The translations under genes and the position numbers were made by a program. From positions 15,120,809 through 15,184,808 of the forward strand of contig NC_057718.1 in the NCBI RefSeq assembly GCF_004010195.1: a DNA stretch of 64,000 nucleotides, given 5' to 3'. The notes under the pieces are model-generated. The model ran no database searches. It had not been told where the DNA came from and worked only from the letters and a program-made list of their open reading frames with translations. The stretch comes from Chiloscyllium plagiosum (Eukaryota). This document shows positions 38,749-51,789 of this stretch, one piece after another; the stretch's first letter is position 1; each line of letters starts with the position of its first letter.

Positions 38749-39375
38749 CTGATCTCCTTGCCACAGAGAGCTGTGGGGGCTGAGTCCTTGTATATATATA
38801 TATATGAGGCTGAGATAGATGGACTCTTCATCAGTCCAGGAAACAAGGGTTTCAGAGAAAAGACAGAAATTAGAACATGAGGAATGCCCGATCAGCCACA
38901 ATTCCATTGAGTGGCAGTGCAGGATCAAGGGGTCAAAGTCCTGTTCCTATTTCTTATGGTCTGAGAAACTACTGGACACGTCAGATCCCTGAATGAAATC
39001 TGGACTTTTTTTGTTTAACTAGTTAACATGGTGGTTCGTCACAAACATTTTTGCACAAGGCTGAAGATTTTCTTCAACAACAGAAGGAAATTACACAAAA
39101 GAAATTACAAGGAACAGAACAAACTAAGTGTGACAGTCAGAATGATCTCTAAACACACACTGAAACAAAGTTTTAACCTGTTATAAAGACTCAAGTTCAG
39201 AGATATTACACACCCATATACCAACTCCACAGGGGTCGACCTCACTGGCTCCTCCGAGGGTCTTTCTCTTGGTCTGTTGGCCTAATTTGATGAGTCCTTT
39301 GTAAATCAGCCATTGAGAAACTTCACACAAAGCATGAACTTTCTCTGTTCTAATTATGAGCAGATTGCTAAAACA

Positions 39376-39450
39376 AAACCTGTTGGACCATAACCTGGTG
39401 TGTGATTTTTAACTTTGTACATCCCAGTCCAATACTGGCGTCTCCAAATT
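39376..39450 (+). mobile_element. PLE family-B repeat 3' portion
   Basis: aaacctgttggaccataacctggtgtgtgatttttaactttgtacatcccagtcc. Confidence 0.75.
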
Positions 39451-39504
39451 ATGACTTCCATAAATAAAGTTAGCTTACCACATAGTGGTTACTAGCTGGT
39501 TACA

Positions 39505-40061
39505 CTGAATTGAACTGAATTAGCTTTATTGTCACACGTACTCAAATGAGTGCAGTGAAAAATTTACAAATCGTCATCTATGGTGCCATCTTAGGAACAA
39601 GGTACAAGGTTCTTCAGAACAAGTTCTTAAGAAAAAAAAATTAGAAAAATAAATAAGTAAGAAGTCCAGCGTTGCAGATCATAGGAATAAATTAGAAAGT
39701 AAATAAATAAAAAGTTCAGAATAACAGTCCTTCCAACCCAGTCCATGCTGGCACCTATCTTCCAGTCTGCACAGGGCTTCGCTTCAAGGCTGTTGAGGCT
39801 GGGAGACAGCTCTAGAATCATCTCGATGCTGGAAATCCGCTCTAAGGCCACACCAGGCCGAAAGACCACTATGGGCTGCCGATAAACCACCACGCCGGGC
39901 TGGAAGGATACCTCACCAGATCCACGCTGAGGCCAGGAGTTCAGGATGTCACCGAGAAGAAAGGTGAGACAGAGAAAAAACACTGAAGAGGAAAAAAAGA
40001 AACAGAAACAGATGGAGTGGACGAGCTCCAGCTGAAGTGTCCTACTCTGCTGCCATCTTGG
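39505..40061 (-). mobile_element. Non-coding Rex1/Babar-dependent short element; tail relative at 51105-51250
   Basis: Reverse starts ccaagatggcagc and ends gtgacaataaagctaattcagttcaattc, like the Rex tails in this window; no RT motifs inside. Confidence 0.6.
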
Positions 40062-41874
40062 AAAAGATACATCTGATACATTATGTTGGAGTTACATGAC
40101 AATTCTTTGTAAGAACTCAGGCTAGACTCAAGATGGAAGTACACATAAATGTTATCAAAATACATTTCAGCAATAGAAATGTAACAGGAACACAGTTATG
40201 TTCATCCTAGGAACAGCCTATTTCATGCTGACAGGCAGAGATTATTTCATAATGTCAGCTAATCTTTCCAGGTGGAGATTTGTCAAAACAACACTTATGG
40301 TGGTCTTTAGAGTAGACCAAGGAACATGGACACCATGCAGCTTCTGTTCGCTAGGATTACCCAAAGGTACCCAAAGGGTCTTGACTAAGAAGCGCTGCCT
40401 TTATGAAATCGTCAAGAGTTACAATGTGGATTTTCATCTAGCAGAATTTCTGTTGCTCCCACTGTTCAGGGGTCAGGTTGACAGAGATAAGAGACTGAGT
40501 CACATGATGATTAGTTCAGCTGCGCAATGACACTAGGATCCTTATAATATATCAGTTGGAAATGATACAATCAAACAAATGACAGGGTTTAGATCACAAA
40601 GCCTGTACTTGTCTGTCCAGCCCCTTTTTTGAAATGAAGAAACTTCTCCTCAATTCACGACTGGATTTGTTCAGGACATTTTATATTCAAAGCTTCTAGT
40701 TTTGGTCTCTTCATTATACAGGTTATAATTATAACTTCCATTTTACAGGTTATTGGCTCGCTTAGAAGGAAAAGGGATGCAGTCTTGTGTCTTGTTATCC
40801 TCATTTTTGGAGTTCAGAGGTTCTCAAAATGCCAAATATGGCATCACAGTTCCACCCAAAATTCCACAAAATTACAAGCATTTCCCCAACCATGGCCAGA
40901 ACTATTTCAAGTCACAGATCACGGTGTTACTCATGCTTTCAAAAACGTCTTCATGTTTGAATTCTCATGATAACACTTATAGAATAGCACCTGTCACACT
41001 TGGGGCCCTTTTCTGATTGAATTCAACTTGCCACATCTAAATGGATCGGATTTAAAACACCAAGCTCAAATGTGACGTGTTAAATAACTGCTGCAATCTC
41101 TTGTGTAAACTGGAGAATCATTACAGCTCTCTAGATGTCTGAAACATGAGGGTATTCAAAATCTGACTGCTAAAGGTGGTGCAAAGATGAAGCAATTTGA
41201 AAACAAGTAATTCAACTTTGCTCTTGACTATTAAAATCCAGGGGAAAAAAAGTTACCAAAAATGGGAGCGTGAGGGAGAGGGAGAGATGGGGGAGACAGA
41301 GAGAGAGAGACTGAGACAGAGAGAGAGAGACAGAGATACTCAGACAATACAAGAATAGCGAGATGGTCACAAGTAGTCATCACACAAAACAGATTTCTCA
41401 GTCCACAGCTGCCACTAGCCAAGTTTCTCCAGTACATTTTTATTCTCCCCCCCCCCCCCCAAAAAAGCTTCGAACTTGTAAATTTGGCTTCTAAATTTAC
41501 AAATGGGATCAAAAGAAACACACATGAGGGAAAATAATTAATCTCAAAAAACCAGAAATGCTGGAAGTTCTCAGCAGGTCTGTCAGCATTTGGGGATGTC
41601 GACAACTGCATCTCTATAGAAATGTGATGTCTGTGTTGATATGCACAAACTTCTTGGAGATCCTCTCCACTTTCAGTTGGCATTTGAGGAGAGAGAAGAT
41701 AGTTAACATTTCAGGTCAATTACCTTGTACCAGCCAACTTCTGATCACCAACCTGAAATATCAGTGTCATTCACAGCCCAAACACAAAAGCCAGAAGAGA
41801 AACCTGGACAATCAGGCTTCCACTTTAACACTGAGTTTTTGAATGAATGTATACCTCACATTCTGCAGTTATGT

Positions 41875-42405
41875 CACCTGGTGAAGGAGCAGTGCACCAG
41901 TTGGACTATAACCTGGTGTCATGTGATTGTTATATTTATACAGGGCCTTGATGAGATCACACTTGGAATACTGAGTACAGTTTTCGTCTCCTTATCTGAA
42001 GAAGCACGTTTATGCTGTCGAGGGAGTGCAACAAAGGTTTACCAAACTGATTCCTATGATGACAGATGCTGGAAATATGTTGACAATGAAAGGGAGAGTC
42101 CAGAATTAGAGGTCACAGCTTAAGGATACAGGGTAAACCATATCGAACTGAAACAATGAAAAATTTCTTCACCCAGCGAGAGAGGTGAGCCTGTAAAATT
42201 CGCTACCACAGCAGTCAAGGCCAAACCACATGATTTTAAGAAAGAGTTGGACAATCGCACTTGGGGCTAAAGGAATCAAAGGATATGGGGGGAAGGTGGA
42301 AACTGGCTATTGAGTTGTGATCAACCATGATCATGTTGAATAGGCAGAGCATGCTCAAAAGGCTGAATGGCCTACTCTTGCCCCTATTTTCTTTGTTTTT
42401 ATGTT
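41875..42405 (+). mobile_element. Degenerate PLE family-B stub joined to an old CR1 3' fragment
   Basis: cacctggtgaaggagcagtgc..ttggactataacctgg, then ttggaatactg..aatttcttcacccag..gctgaatggcctactc. Confidence 0.7.
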
Positions 42406-42856
42406 TTAGAAAGTCTGTAACCAGTGGTTGGATACAGTGGGCTGAGAATTATATGGATACATAATCTTGTCAGTGAAGAATTTTCATGCAAATGTTCAAG
42501 CAGGAGAAAGGCCAACTGGCCCTTTGAGTTTGCTTCATCACGTAATGAGGTCCTGGTTGGTCTAACTGTAAACACTAATCCACACTGCCACACAGCCCTG
42601 ATGAGCAAAGGAGGTGGAAGTACATTAAGGATCTGTCCATTTCAACCTTAAAAATATCCTTGAATGAGAGAGCAGTACAGTCATAGTACATACAGCAAAG
42701 GAACCGGGCCCTGATGTTGTGCGGAACGTGACACCAAATTAAACGAATCCCTTTACCACCCTTGGTCCATATCCCTCCATTCCTTGCATATTTATGCACT
42801 TATCTCAAAGTCCCTTAAATGCTCATATCTTACCTGCCTCTGGCAGCATGTTCTAG

Positions 42857-43278
42857 TTGCTCTGGCTCAATGGGTGGCAAGCTCACCTCAGAATCAAAAG
42901 GTTGAGTGTTCAAGGTCCGTTCTTGGATTTGAGAACAGGAGCAAAAAAAGATCAGCTACATGTCCAGTAATGAGTCTCCCTGAACCAATTCTGCATTCTA
43001 ACTGACATCCTGCACTGAGCAAATATCTCACATCTGTCCCTTTAATCCCTTTTAAAAAGGAGCACAGGTGTTCTCCACAGTGCATTGGCCAGGATTTAAC
43101 CCAACAGATCACCTAGTCATTTCATTAACAAGCTTCTGCTTGCAGCAACTTGCAAATTGGCTTCCACATTTCCCGCATTACAAGTGAGTCTAAATTTTAA
43201 AAAGACTTGGTTGCCTGTAGAGCACTTCAGGACAGACAATAGTTGTGAAAGGTATTCACACAAAAGTTAGTCTTTCCT
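42857..43278 (+). mobile_element. DeuSINE (SacSINE1/AmnSINE1-like), old
   Basis: tRNA-like head tggctcaatgggtggca; recalled Deu-type blocks gtgttctccacagtgcattggcca, gcaaattggcttccacatttcc.gcattaca and ctgtagagcactt..gga..gttgtgaaagg. Confidence 0.65.
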
Positions 43279-43357
43279 ACTGTTGTCATGTTTAGGGTGT
43301 TCAGGATGAGCTGTTGGCATGTCACACAGAGTCTCACACACAAGAACTATCCACATC

Positions 43358-43470
43358 TATCAAATAAAAACTGAAAGAACTGCAGATGCTAGAAATCAGA
43401 AACAAAAACGTAAATTGCTGGAAAAGCTCAGTTAACGTTTCAGGTCCAGTGACCCTTTCTCAGAGCTCAG
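43358..43470 (-). mobile_element. PLE family-D terminal repeat, deleted; relative at ~41545-41740
   Basis: Reverse agct-ctgagaa-agggtcactggacct-gaaacgtt-aact. Confidence 0.6.
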
Positions 43471-43504
43471 AACTGATTTCACTGAAATCTTTCAGAAGAT
43501 CCAA

Positions 43505-43720
43505 AAGCTTAAAACACACATACCAACAGATTCAAGAACAGCTGTTATTAGACTTCTGAATGGATATTTCAAATATAAAATTTAATGTTGATCTTGCTCT
43601 TTATGCACCCTTGCTACAGCCAAAACATTGCATTCCTCACTCTGTTCTATTATCCTAACGCACTTTGTATGGTATGATTTGTGTCTGCTGTACGTAAAAA
43701 AAAAAACTTTTCACTGCAGA
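43505..43720 (+). mobile_element. Rex1/Babar 3' end fragment
   Basis: Reverse-complement match to 18965-19200 (cataccaacagattcaagaacagc, gtatgatttg). Confidence 0.75.
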
Positions 43721-44756
43721 TTGGAGCACGGTCTCCCACATAACCTTGTGGCTCAAAGCTTCTCCTCAGAAGGATGATCATTAGAATGTGGCTTCCAGCA
43801 CTAAATAATACCTCACCACATTTCATGTGGTCACTTGATTACCAAGGTAAACCGGAAACTAGATAGTGAGACAGAAATTACTTTTAAGATAATGATGTAG
43901 AACCACATTCCATTTGCAGATCCAGGCAATCAATTGATGACTCGCTTGTCTAAGTTTCCCCAACACTCCCACCCACTCACAAATCAACCAGAAGTCAACT
44001 GAGGTTCCAATCAACCGGTGATTCAGCAAAATCTGTTTGTAAAGCAAGAATTGTACATGACTGCCCTGGCTATTGCCCTCCCCTTCAAGCTTTTCACTTC
44101 TCAAATTGAACACAAATTTCTGAACATGACAAATTTGAGAAAGTTTAAAAAGCACATTAAATTTTTGGTTTGTTAATAAAGACACACAATACAGGCAAAC
44201 AAATTACACTAAGCAGTAACAGAACACTGGCGAGGCCCCAGCTGCAGTACTACATCCATTTCAGGCTCCCATGTTTTCAGAAGGATGTCAAGGTCCAGTA
44301 GAGAAGGCAGAGGAGATTTAACAGAGACAAAGGACTTCACTGATGGGGAGAGATGGAAGCAGCAAGACCTCCAGCACCTCATCTTCTGTAGAGCGGATGC
44401 TTTCAATACACCACCATTTATTTTCCCGAGTTCCCTAGCTTCCATTTCTTTCTCCACAGTATAAACGGACTTGAAATATTTGTTTAGTATGTCTCCCATT
44501 TCCTGTCGTTCCACACATAGACAACCTCGCTGACCTTTAAGGGACCCTTTTCTCTCCCTGGTTGCTCCTTTGCTCAATGATCTTGTGGAATCTCTTTGGA
44601 ATATCCTCAATCTTATCTCCTAAGGCTACTTCCTTTTTGCCCTTCTGATTTCCCTCTTAAGAAAGCCCCTACAACCCTTATACTCTTCAAGAGATTCACT
44701 TGATCACAGTTGTCCGGACCAAATACAACTCCTCCTTCTTGACAAGAGTCTCAATA

Positions 44757-44790
44757 TTCCTGATGAAGGGCTCCTGCCCGAAACGTCGAT
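44757..44790 (+). ncRNA. Minimal type-I hammerhead ribozyme (family A), intact core
   Basis: CTGATGA-a-gggc-tcct-gccc-GAAA-cgTC; helix I is weak (about 2 bp). Confidence 0.72.
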
Positions 44791-44852
44791 CTTCCTGCTC
44801 CTTGGATGCTGCCTGGCCTGCTGTGCTTTTCAAGAACCACTCTAATCTTGAC
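44758..44852 (+). mobile_element. Solo PLE family-A repeat
   Basis: TSD tctcaatat at 44749-44757 and 44853-44861. Confidence 0.9.
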
Positions 44853-44996
44853 TCTCAATATCTTTAGTCATCCATTGTTCCCTACTTTTACAAGCTTTAC
44901 CCATCACTCAAAAACATTTAAAAATTGATAAATCTCCAGGACCTAATCAACTGTATCCCAGGACATCGTGGGAAGTTAGGGAGGAAATTGCGAGGC

Positions 44997-45191
44997 TGGG
45001 AGAAAGAGAGGTCTGCAGATGCTGGAGATCAGAATCTAAAAGTGTGGTGCTGGAAAAGCACAGCTGGTCAGGCAGTATCCAAGGAGCAGAAGCTCTTCCT
45101 GATAAAGAGCTTATGCTTGAAACGTCAACTCTCCTGCTCCTCAGATGCTGCCTGACCAGCTGTGCTCTTCCAGCACCACACTTTTTGATCA
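44997..45191. mobile_element. Inverted dimer of PLE family-A repeat
   Basis: Minus arm then plus arm; approximate TSD gaaattgc(g/a)agg on both sides. Confidence 0.85.
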
Positions 45192-46059
45192 AGAAATTGC
45201 AAGGTTCCCAGCAGATATATTTGTATTGTCTACAGCGATGGGTGAGGTGCCAGAGGACTAGAGGATGGCTAATGTAGTGTCTTTATTTAAGATAGGCTGC
45301 GAGGAAAAGCCAGGGAACTATAGAACTCTGCGTCTGACACTGGCGGCTAAGTTGTTGGAGGGGATTCTGGGAGAAGGAATTTACATGCATTTGGAGAGGC
45401 AAGGACTGATTAGGGTTAGTCAACATGGCTTTGTGCATGGGAAATCACGTCTCACAAACTTGATTGAGTTTTTTTGAGGACGTAACCAAAAAGATTGAGT
45501 GAAAAGAGCAGAAGGTGTTGTCTACATGGACTTCAGCAAAGCCTTTGACAAGGTTCTGCATGGCAGACTAATTGTAAACTCAGATCACATGGGATTCAGG
45601 AAGAACTTGTCAAACGGATACAAAATTGGCTTGACAGAAGAAGGTCTGTGACTTACAGTGTTCTGCAGGGATTGATGCTGGGTCCACTTTTCCTTGTCCT
45701 TTATATAAACAATTCGGATGAGAATTTAGGAGGATGGTTAGTAAATTTGAGGAAGACACAAAAATTGATGGTAGAGTCAACAGTGAAGAAGGTTATCTAA
45801 GATAACAAAGGGATCTTGATCAATTACACCCATGGGCTGAGTGGTAGATGGCGTTTAATTTGGATAAATGCAAGATTTTGTATTTTGGTACAACAAACAA
45901 GGGCAGGACTTATACAGTCAATGTTAGGGCCATGGGTACTGTTGCTGAACTTGTTCAACCTTTCTTTTGGACTTATTCCAAATTGCAAGCCAACTAGTCT
46001 TGCTCCACCTCCATTCTGGCCCTATGACAGTGATAGACATTTAGAAATACAAAACAGCA

Positions 46060-47600
46060 TCTAATAGAATCAACAGGCCTTACAGAGGGGAAATCATGCT
46101 GACATGTTTACTAGAATTCTTTGAGGTGGTAACAAGCAGGATGGATAAAGTGGAAGTATTGGATGTATTGTATCTAAATTTTCAGAAGCCATTTGATGAG
46201 GTACCACACATTAGGCTATTTAATAAGAGTCCGTGGTTTTGGAGGTAGTATATTAGTATGGATACAGGATTGGCTAACAATGGAATACAGAGTTGGAAGA
46301 AGGGAGGTATTTTCAGGATGGCAATCTATAACTTGTGGAGTGCCACAGTGATCAATACTGGGACCACAACTATTTACAATATATTTATGACTTATATGGG
46401 CAAAGTGAATTTGCTAAATCCAAGTTTGCAGATGACACAAAAATAGATGGAAAGATGGTGGTGAGGATGACACAGAGTCTGCAGGGGGATGTAGACAGGT
46501 TAAACAAGTGGGCAAAGACTTGGCAGATGAAATATAATGGGGGGGAATAAGAGGTATGAACTTTGGTAGGAATAGAGGAGACAAATATTATTTAAAGGGG
46601 TAAAACTTCAGAAAGGTACAGAACACTAATTTGGGAGTCATTGCCCATGAATCACAAAAAGCTTACATCCAAGTTTTATTTTTTATTCATTCATGGGATG
46701 AGGAATATGCCAACATTTATTGCCCATTCCAGAGGGTGGTTAACAGCGAACCACATTTCTGTGGATCTGGAGTCACAGACCAGGTAAAGATGGCAGTTTC
46801 CTTCACCATTAGTGAACCAGATGGGTTTTTCCAACAATCGACAATGATTTCATGGTCATCATTACACTCTCAATTCCAGATTTTGTTCTGAATTAAAATT
46901 CCACCATCTGCTATTGGTAGGATTTGAGCCCCTCCCCCATCCCCCCGTCCCCAGAACAATGCCTGGGTCTCTGGATTAAAATTCAGCAATAATACCACAA
47001 GGCCATCGCCTCTGCATAAATTCAGTGGGTAATACAGAAGACAAATTGAATGTTTTCCTCAAACTATACAAGGCATTATTCAGTCTGCAGATGGAACACA
47101 GCCCCAGGTTCAGTGGGAGATATATCAGCATTAGAGGCAGCCAAGGGAAGTTTCATTAGGCTGATACCAGGTATGGAGGCACTGTCTTAGATTAGGGCTG
47201 TTCTCATTGGAATATAGAAGAATCTGAGGTGACCTTATTGAAACATAGAAGATTCTATAGGAATTTGACAGGTTAGATATGGAAAGGTTGGCTCTCTTGT
47301 GGGAGAGTCTCGGAACAGAGGACATAAATCACAGAATAAAGGGCTAGCCATTTAACTCAGAGCTGAGGAGGGTTTTTTTTCTCTGAAGGTAGTGTATCTG
47401 TGGAATTCTATATTAGAGAGGGCTGTCGAGACTGGGTTATTAAGTGTATTCAAGGCTGACTTAGGAAAACCTTCAATTAGTAAGGATTCAAGGGTTTGAG
47501 GAAAAGACAAAGTGGAGTTTGAAGATCATCAGATCAGCTTCATTGAATGGTGGAGCAGATTTAATGGGCTGAATAGCCTACTGCTGCTCATATGTCCTAT
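46060..47600 (+). mobile_element. Old CR1 RT-to-3' end with a nested SINE (46675-47015)
   Basis: GKSC, FQKPFD, SKFADDTKI, RGDLIET-like segments and 3'UTR. Confidence 0.8.
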
Positions 47601-48142
47601 GGGCTTAAGGCAAAGGATAGAGAAAGAAAGACATACACAAACACACAGACAACGGAAGAGGAAAGGTCTTTACTTTTCTGGTATTTAGAATACAGGTAAA
47701 AAGATGGCAATATGCATACAAATACAGTGCAACAAGGTGCAGCATGATACATGACCATTATGCTTTGAAAACTGCATTTATTCATGCACTGGATTATTAT
47801 AGCGCAGAAAGCAACACAAATCCATTTAACTTAGAACTTACAGTTGACTATGTATCATGCAGGCAACACAGACTTTGTAAACTTACACACCAGGTGTCTT
47901 GGGGGCCCCTTATTTACCTACCTCAAGAGATATCAATACACTTTCCAGTGTAGCACAGTTCAGAACAAGTTTGTCTGTATGCCAAGTTATTTACATGACC
48001 ATTACCAAGCACAGGTGTCCATGAAACAGTCCCAGATATGGAACATGATGCAGTGTTAAAATTCTTAGCCTCAGTCTTGGAATCATGTCCCAGAAACACT
48101 GAGATAGCAAATAGCAACTCAACAGCTCCTGAAAGTAACTAG

Positions 48143-48367
48143 GATTTGGAGATGCCGGTGTTGGATTGGGGTGTACAAAGTTAAAAAACACACAACACCA
48201 GGTTATAGTCCAACAGGTTTAATTGGAAGCACACTAGTTTTCGGAGCGACGCTCCTTCATCAGGTGATAGTCTATCACCTGATGAAGGAGCGTCACTCCG
48301 AAAGCTAGTGTGCCTCCAGTTAAACCTGTTGGACTATAACCTGGTGTGGTTGTGTGATTTTTAACTT
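48143..48367. mobile_element. Near-perfect fold-back dimer of PLE family-B repeat (axis 48271)
   Basis: ctccttcatcaggtgatag-t-ctatcacctgatgaaggag; TSD tgaaagtaactag at 48130-48142 and 48368-48380. Confidence 0.93.
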
Positions 48368-50063
48368 TGAAAGTAACTAGACATCAATAAACTCGAAACC
48401 CAATGGATCAAAGGGTCTTTTACTATGCTGTAAACCTGTATGACTCTATGGTTATGAATTCCTAAGCTGGATAGTGCCCGAGTCCTGCAACCCATGCAAA
48501 TCATGCGTGTCTTTTTTAGAAAACTAAAAATTTGCCTTTGATACTTCCCTAGCACAAATTCTCCAATCTTCAAACTGGCAATTCAAAATCCCAAAAGGTG
48601 CAGCTCTGGGATAAATTTCAAAATTCAAGTCATGCAATAGCCTCTTGGCTCACCTCTGCCAAAGTGATAGGTCTTCATTCCCACCCTCTGCCGATGGCAA
48701 ATTTCCTCTTCTGCGTAATATTCCTATTTTAATAATCTCAAAGCAGGAAGATAAGCTCAAAAGGAAAAGCATTTCTGCAGGTTGAATAGACAGCCCAAAG
48801 GCTGGTTATTCAGATACATGCTGCTGCAGCTGATTCCAACAACCTTTACATCTAATCACAAAGATTACATGCTTCAGTTGGACCTCCCAAAGGGTGGATC
48901 CTTAGTAAAAGGTCCATGTGTGGAGAATCTTGCTGGGCTTAAATGGGACAGCAGGGATTTTACACAGGATATATTCATCAAAAAAAGACCAGCCAATCCA
49001 ACCAATCCACGTCAGTGTTTATGTTCTACTAACACCCCCTCCCATGTTTCCACTTAAGGTAACCCTCTATTCCTTCCTCCCCACCCCACCCCCAATCATT
49101 TTTTTCATAATGGTCACTTGCAACTCTGGGCCTGCAGTGTCTGATAATGACACTCTGTTGGGGGTTGTGGAGAAAAATACTTGTCAACTTTGACCTGCGT
49201 GAATTACTGCAGAAGTAATCAGCCATCTGCACAATTTCAACCATCACATTAAATTCAATAGAATGCAACGGGTAGGGGATACGACAGACAACTGAACAGC
49301 TACTGGCTGCTGAAGCTGACTTTTACCATCTGCAAGTCTAAACTGTACAAGGAATCTCATTTTCCTGGAACATATTGATGAGCATTAAAAGGAAAACTGC
49401 CCAAAATGTACAACAAAACAAGTCTTTGTGAACTCAGGTGTTACACTTGAATATTACCCTAGCCAAAAGTCAGGGCACGATACACAGTCAGATCTAAGTA
49501 AGATGCACTTAAGCCAGCTAAGAACCTAACTGTGTTCATCAGAGCAGAGAACAAGGTGACCAGTCAAAAGGAAGTCTGAAGTGAATAAATTGTAGGCGGT
49601 TTTTCAATAAGTGGCAAATTATTTAGTATATACAGAAATGGAAACAAAGCTACAGTTTGGTGACTTTGCTTGAGAAGATTGTTGGTTTATTGATAAGTAC
49701 TTTAGTTTAAAATGCCCACTAATTCATTAACTTGAGCTCATGTTGGCTGGCAGGTTATTTCACGCTTGAAGAGCTTGACAATAAAGGAGACTGGGTGGAG
49801 ATACAGCTCAGCTTATCCATTTAAACCACCACTGTACAGCTAAAGCAACACATTTAATATGATGCACTACACTGCTCTTTGATGGAAAATTAAATTTTTA
49901 TTAATCAAAATTACAAAGCCCATTCAATTTACACAACATCAAGTATGCTTCGCATAGTGAGGCTTCAATTGAGATTTCGCCAAAGGACCACTAAACACTG
50001 CGAAAAAACAAAACATTCCTACTCCAGGAATAGTGCAGGAAGAGAATCTAAAAGATTAATGGT

Positions 50064-50198
50064 CACTCTGATGAAGAGTCATCTTGACTTGAAACATTAG
50101 CTTGCTCTCTCTCCATGGATGCTATCTGACCCGCCACGATCTCCAGCATTTGTTGTTTTCAGTACAGATTCCAGCGTCTGTAGTATTTGTTCCTACCT
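50064..50198 (+). mobile_element. Solo PLE terminal repeat (family D-related) with CpG-decayed hammerhead
   Basis: ct-CTGATGA-a-gagtca-tct-tgactt-GAAA-catt-ag, then ggatgct.tctgacc..ctccagcattt..ttccagcgtctgtag. Confidence 0.7.
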
Positions 50199-50499
50199 TT
50201 GTTAATTATGTCACTGGAGGCTAAGTAAATGCTGATGGTGGTGGGTATTGATTTGGATGGTTATTTGAAGCAAGAGTTCAAGTCTCACCTCAGTATATGA
50301 TGGCCATGGAAATGTCTCATGACAGGTCCAAAGAGGGTTGATATAAAATGCTACCCAAGCCTAGCTTAGATTTCCGATATTTTTAATGAATTGAATTTTC
50401 ATCATCTGACACAATGGACTTGATCCCATATCCTTAGGACATTAGCCAGGAATTGTTTTTTTTTCCCAGTGACATTATGCCACTGCCACCACCCAAGGC

Positions 50500-51065
50500 A
50501 GTGCACTCAACACCCGTTACTATACTCCTTACACACTCACAAGAATGTGCTCTAACTCCATTTACAAGTTTGCTGATGACACCATCATATTAGGTCAATC
50601 TTAAACAATGACAAGTCACAGTACACGAAAGAGATTGCGAGGGCTTAGCGGCATGGTTTAATGACAACAATCTCTCCTTCAATATTAGCAAAATGAAGGA
50701 ACTGGTCATCAACTTCAGGAAGTGGAGTGGAGGACATGCTCCGTCTGTACCAATGGTGCTTTTATGAAGAAACTAGAGAAGCTAGGATTGCTATATTTCG
50801 TGCACAGTGGGTCCAGGAAAGATTTAATGGAGTTGTTCAAAGTTATGACAGAGAAGGTTAATGGATGGCAGATAGGCATGTGTTCCATGGCAGAAGATCA
50901 ATAAAGAGGTTCAAAATAAGTGGCAAAACCAAAAAGACAGGAGTATAGAGGTTTTAAAAATGGAGTTATTATGATCAAGAATGCATTATCCAAGAGAATG
51001 GTGAAAGAAGATTTTATCCTAATTTGCAAAAGGAAATTAATAAGAAAACATCTCTCAGGAAAGCA
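50500..51065 (+). mobile_element. Rex1/Babar RT fragment (50500-50760) followed by an old CR1 3' fragment
   Basis: YKFADDT..WFNDNNLSFNISKMKELVINFRK, then LEKLGLL..RKDLMELFKVM. Confidence 0.75.
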
Positions 51066-51789
51066 TGGGGCTTTGAGGGACCTTAGAGGGTAGCTAAGCA
51101 CCCGAACTGAATTATGAACTGAATTAGCTTTATTGTCGCACGTAAAGTTTATAAGTCGACACTTACAGTGCCACCTTAGGTACAAAGGTATCTAGATACA
51201 ATCCTTACTTACAGAATAGAGAAATGAAGAAAGAAGTTACATGACAGTGTTACAAAGTCAAAAGCATGTATGTTCACTTTAAAATAGAAAGTGTTTTCTG
51301 AATTTTGAACTTAACTTAGAGTGCAGGCTCAGCTATCCAAATGGAAAGGCTGGGAAACAAGCTATTCCAAAATAGATACAAGGGGCAAATGGCTGTTAAA
51401 TGGATACCTGAGTTTTGATTGCTGTTTTGACAACTATTTAAATTTAACCAGTTTAAATTATGCTCAGGATATTAAAACCCAATTGAGTTTGAATTTATTG
51501 TTTTGACACCTGGAAACCAATTACATTGTACAAATTTAATGTGTCATGGAGGGTATAAAACATGTGGGCATTTTGAAAATTATAGCAAGCAACTGCAATA
51601 CAGCCGGAGAGCTAACTGCCCATCTAACATCTTTCTCACAAAGAAAATAGAAAATACTCTCTATCAAAGGTACCTTATCACGTAAAACTTACTCATAGTG
51701 AAAAAAGAGAGATGACCCAAGGAGGTCAGCAGATGGGAGACTGAAGACAGCACAGAAGACTTGAGATTACATCAATGTGATGTTTAATA

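Larger units (their letters stand above)
44362..45950. mobile_element. CR1 copy with inverted 5' part (minus 44362-44908, plus 44909-45950), hosting two PLE insertions
   Basis: Minus part ends at TEDEVLEVL; plus part resumes near DKSPG, then GNYR, QHGF, DFSKAFDKV. Confidence 0.85.
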
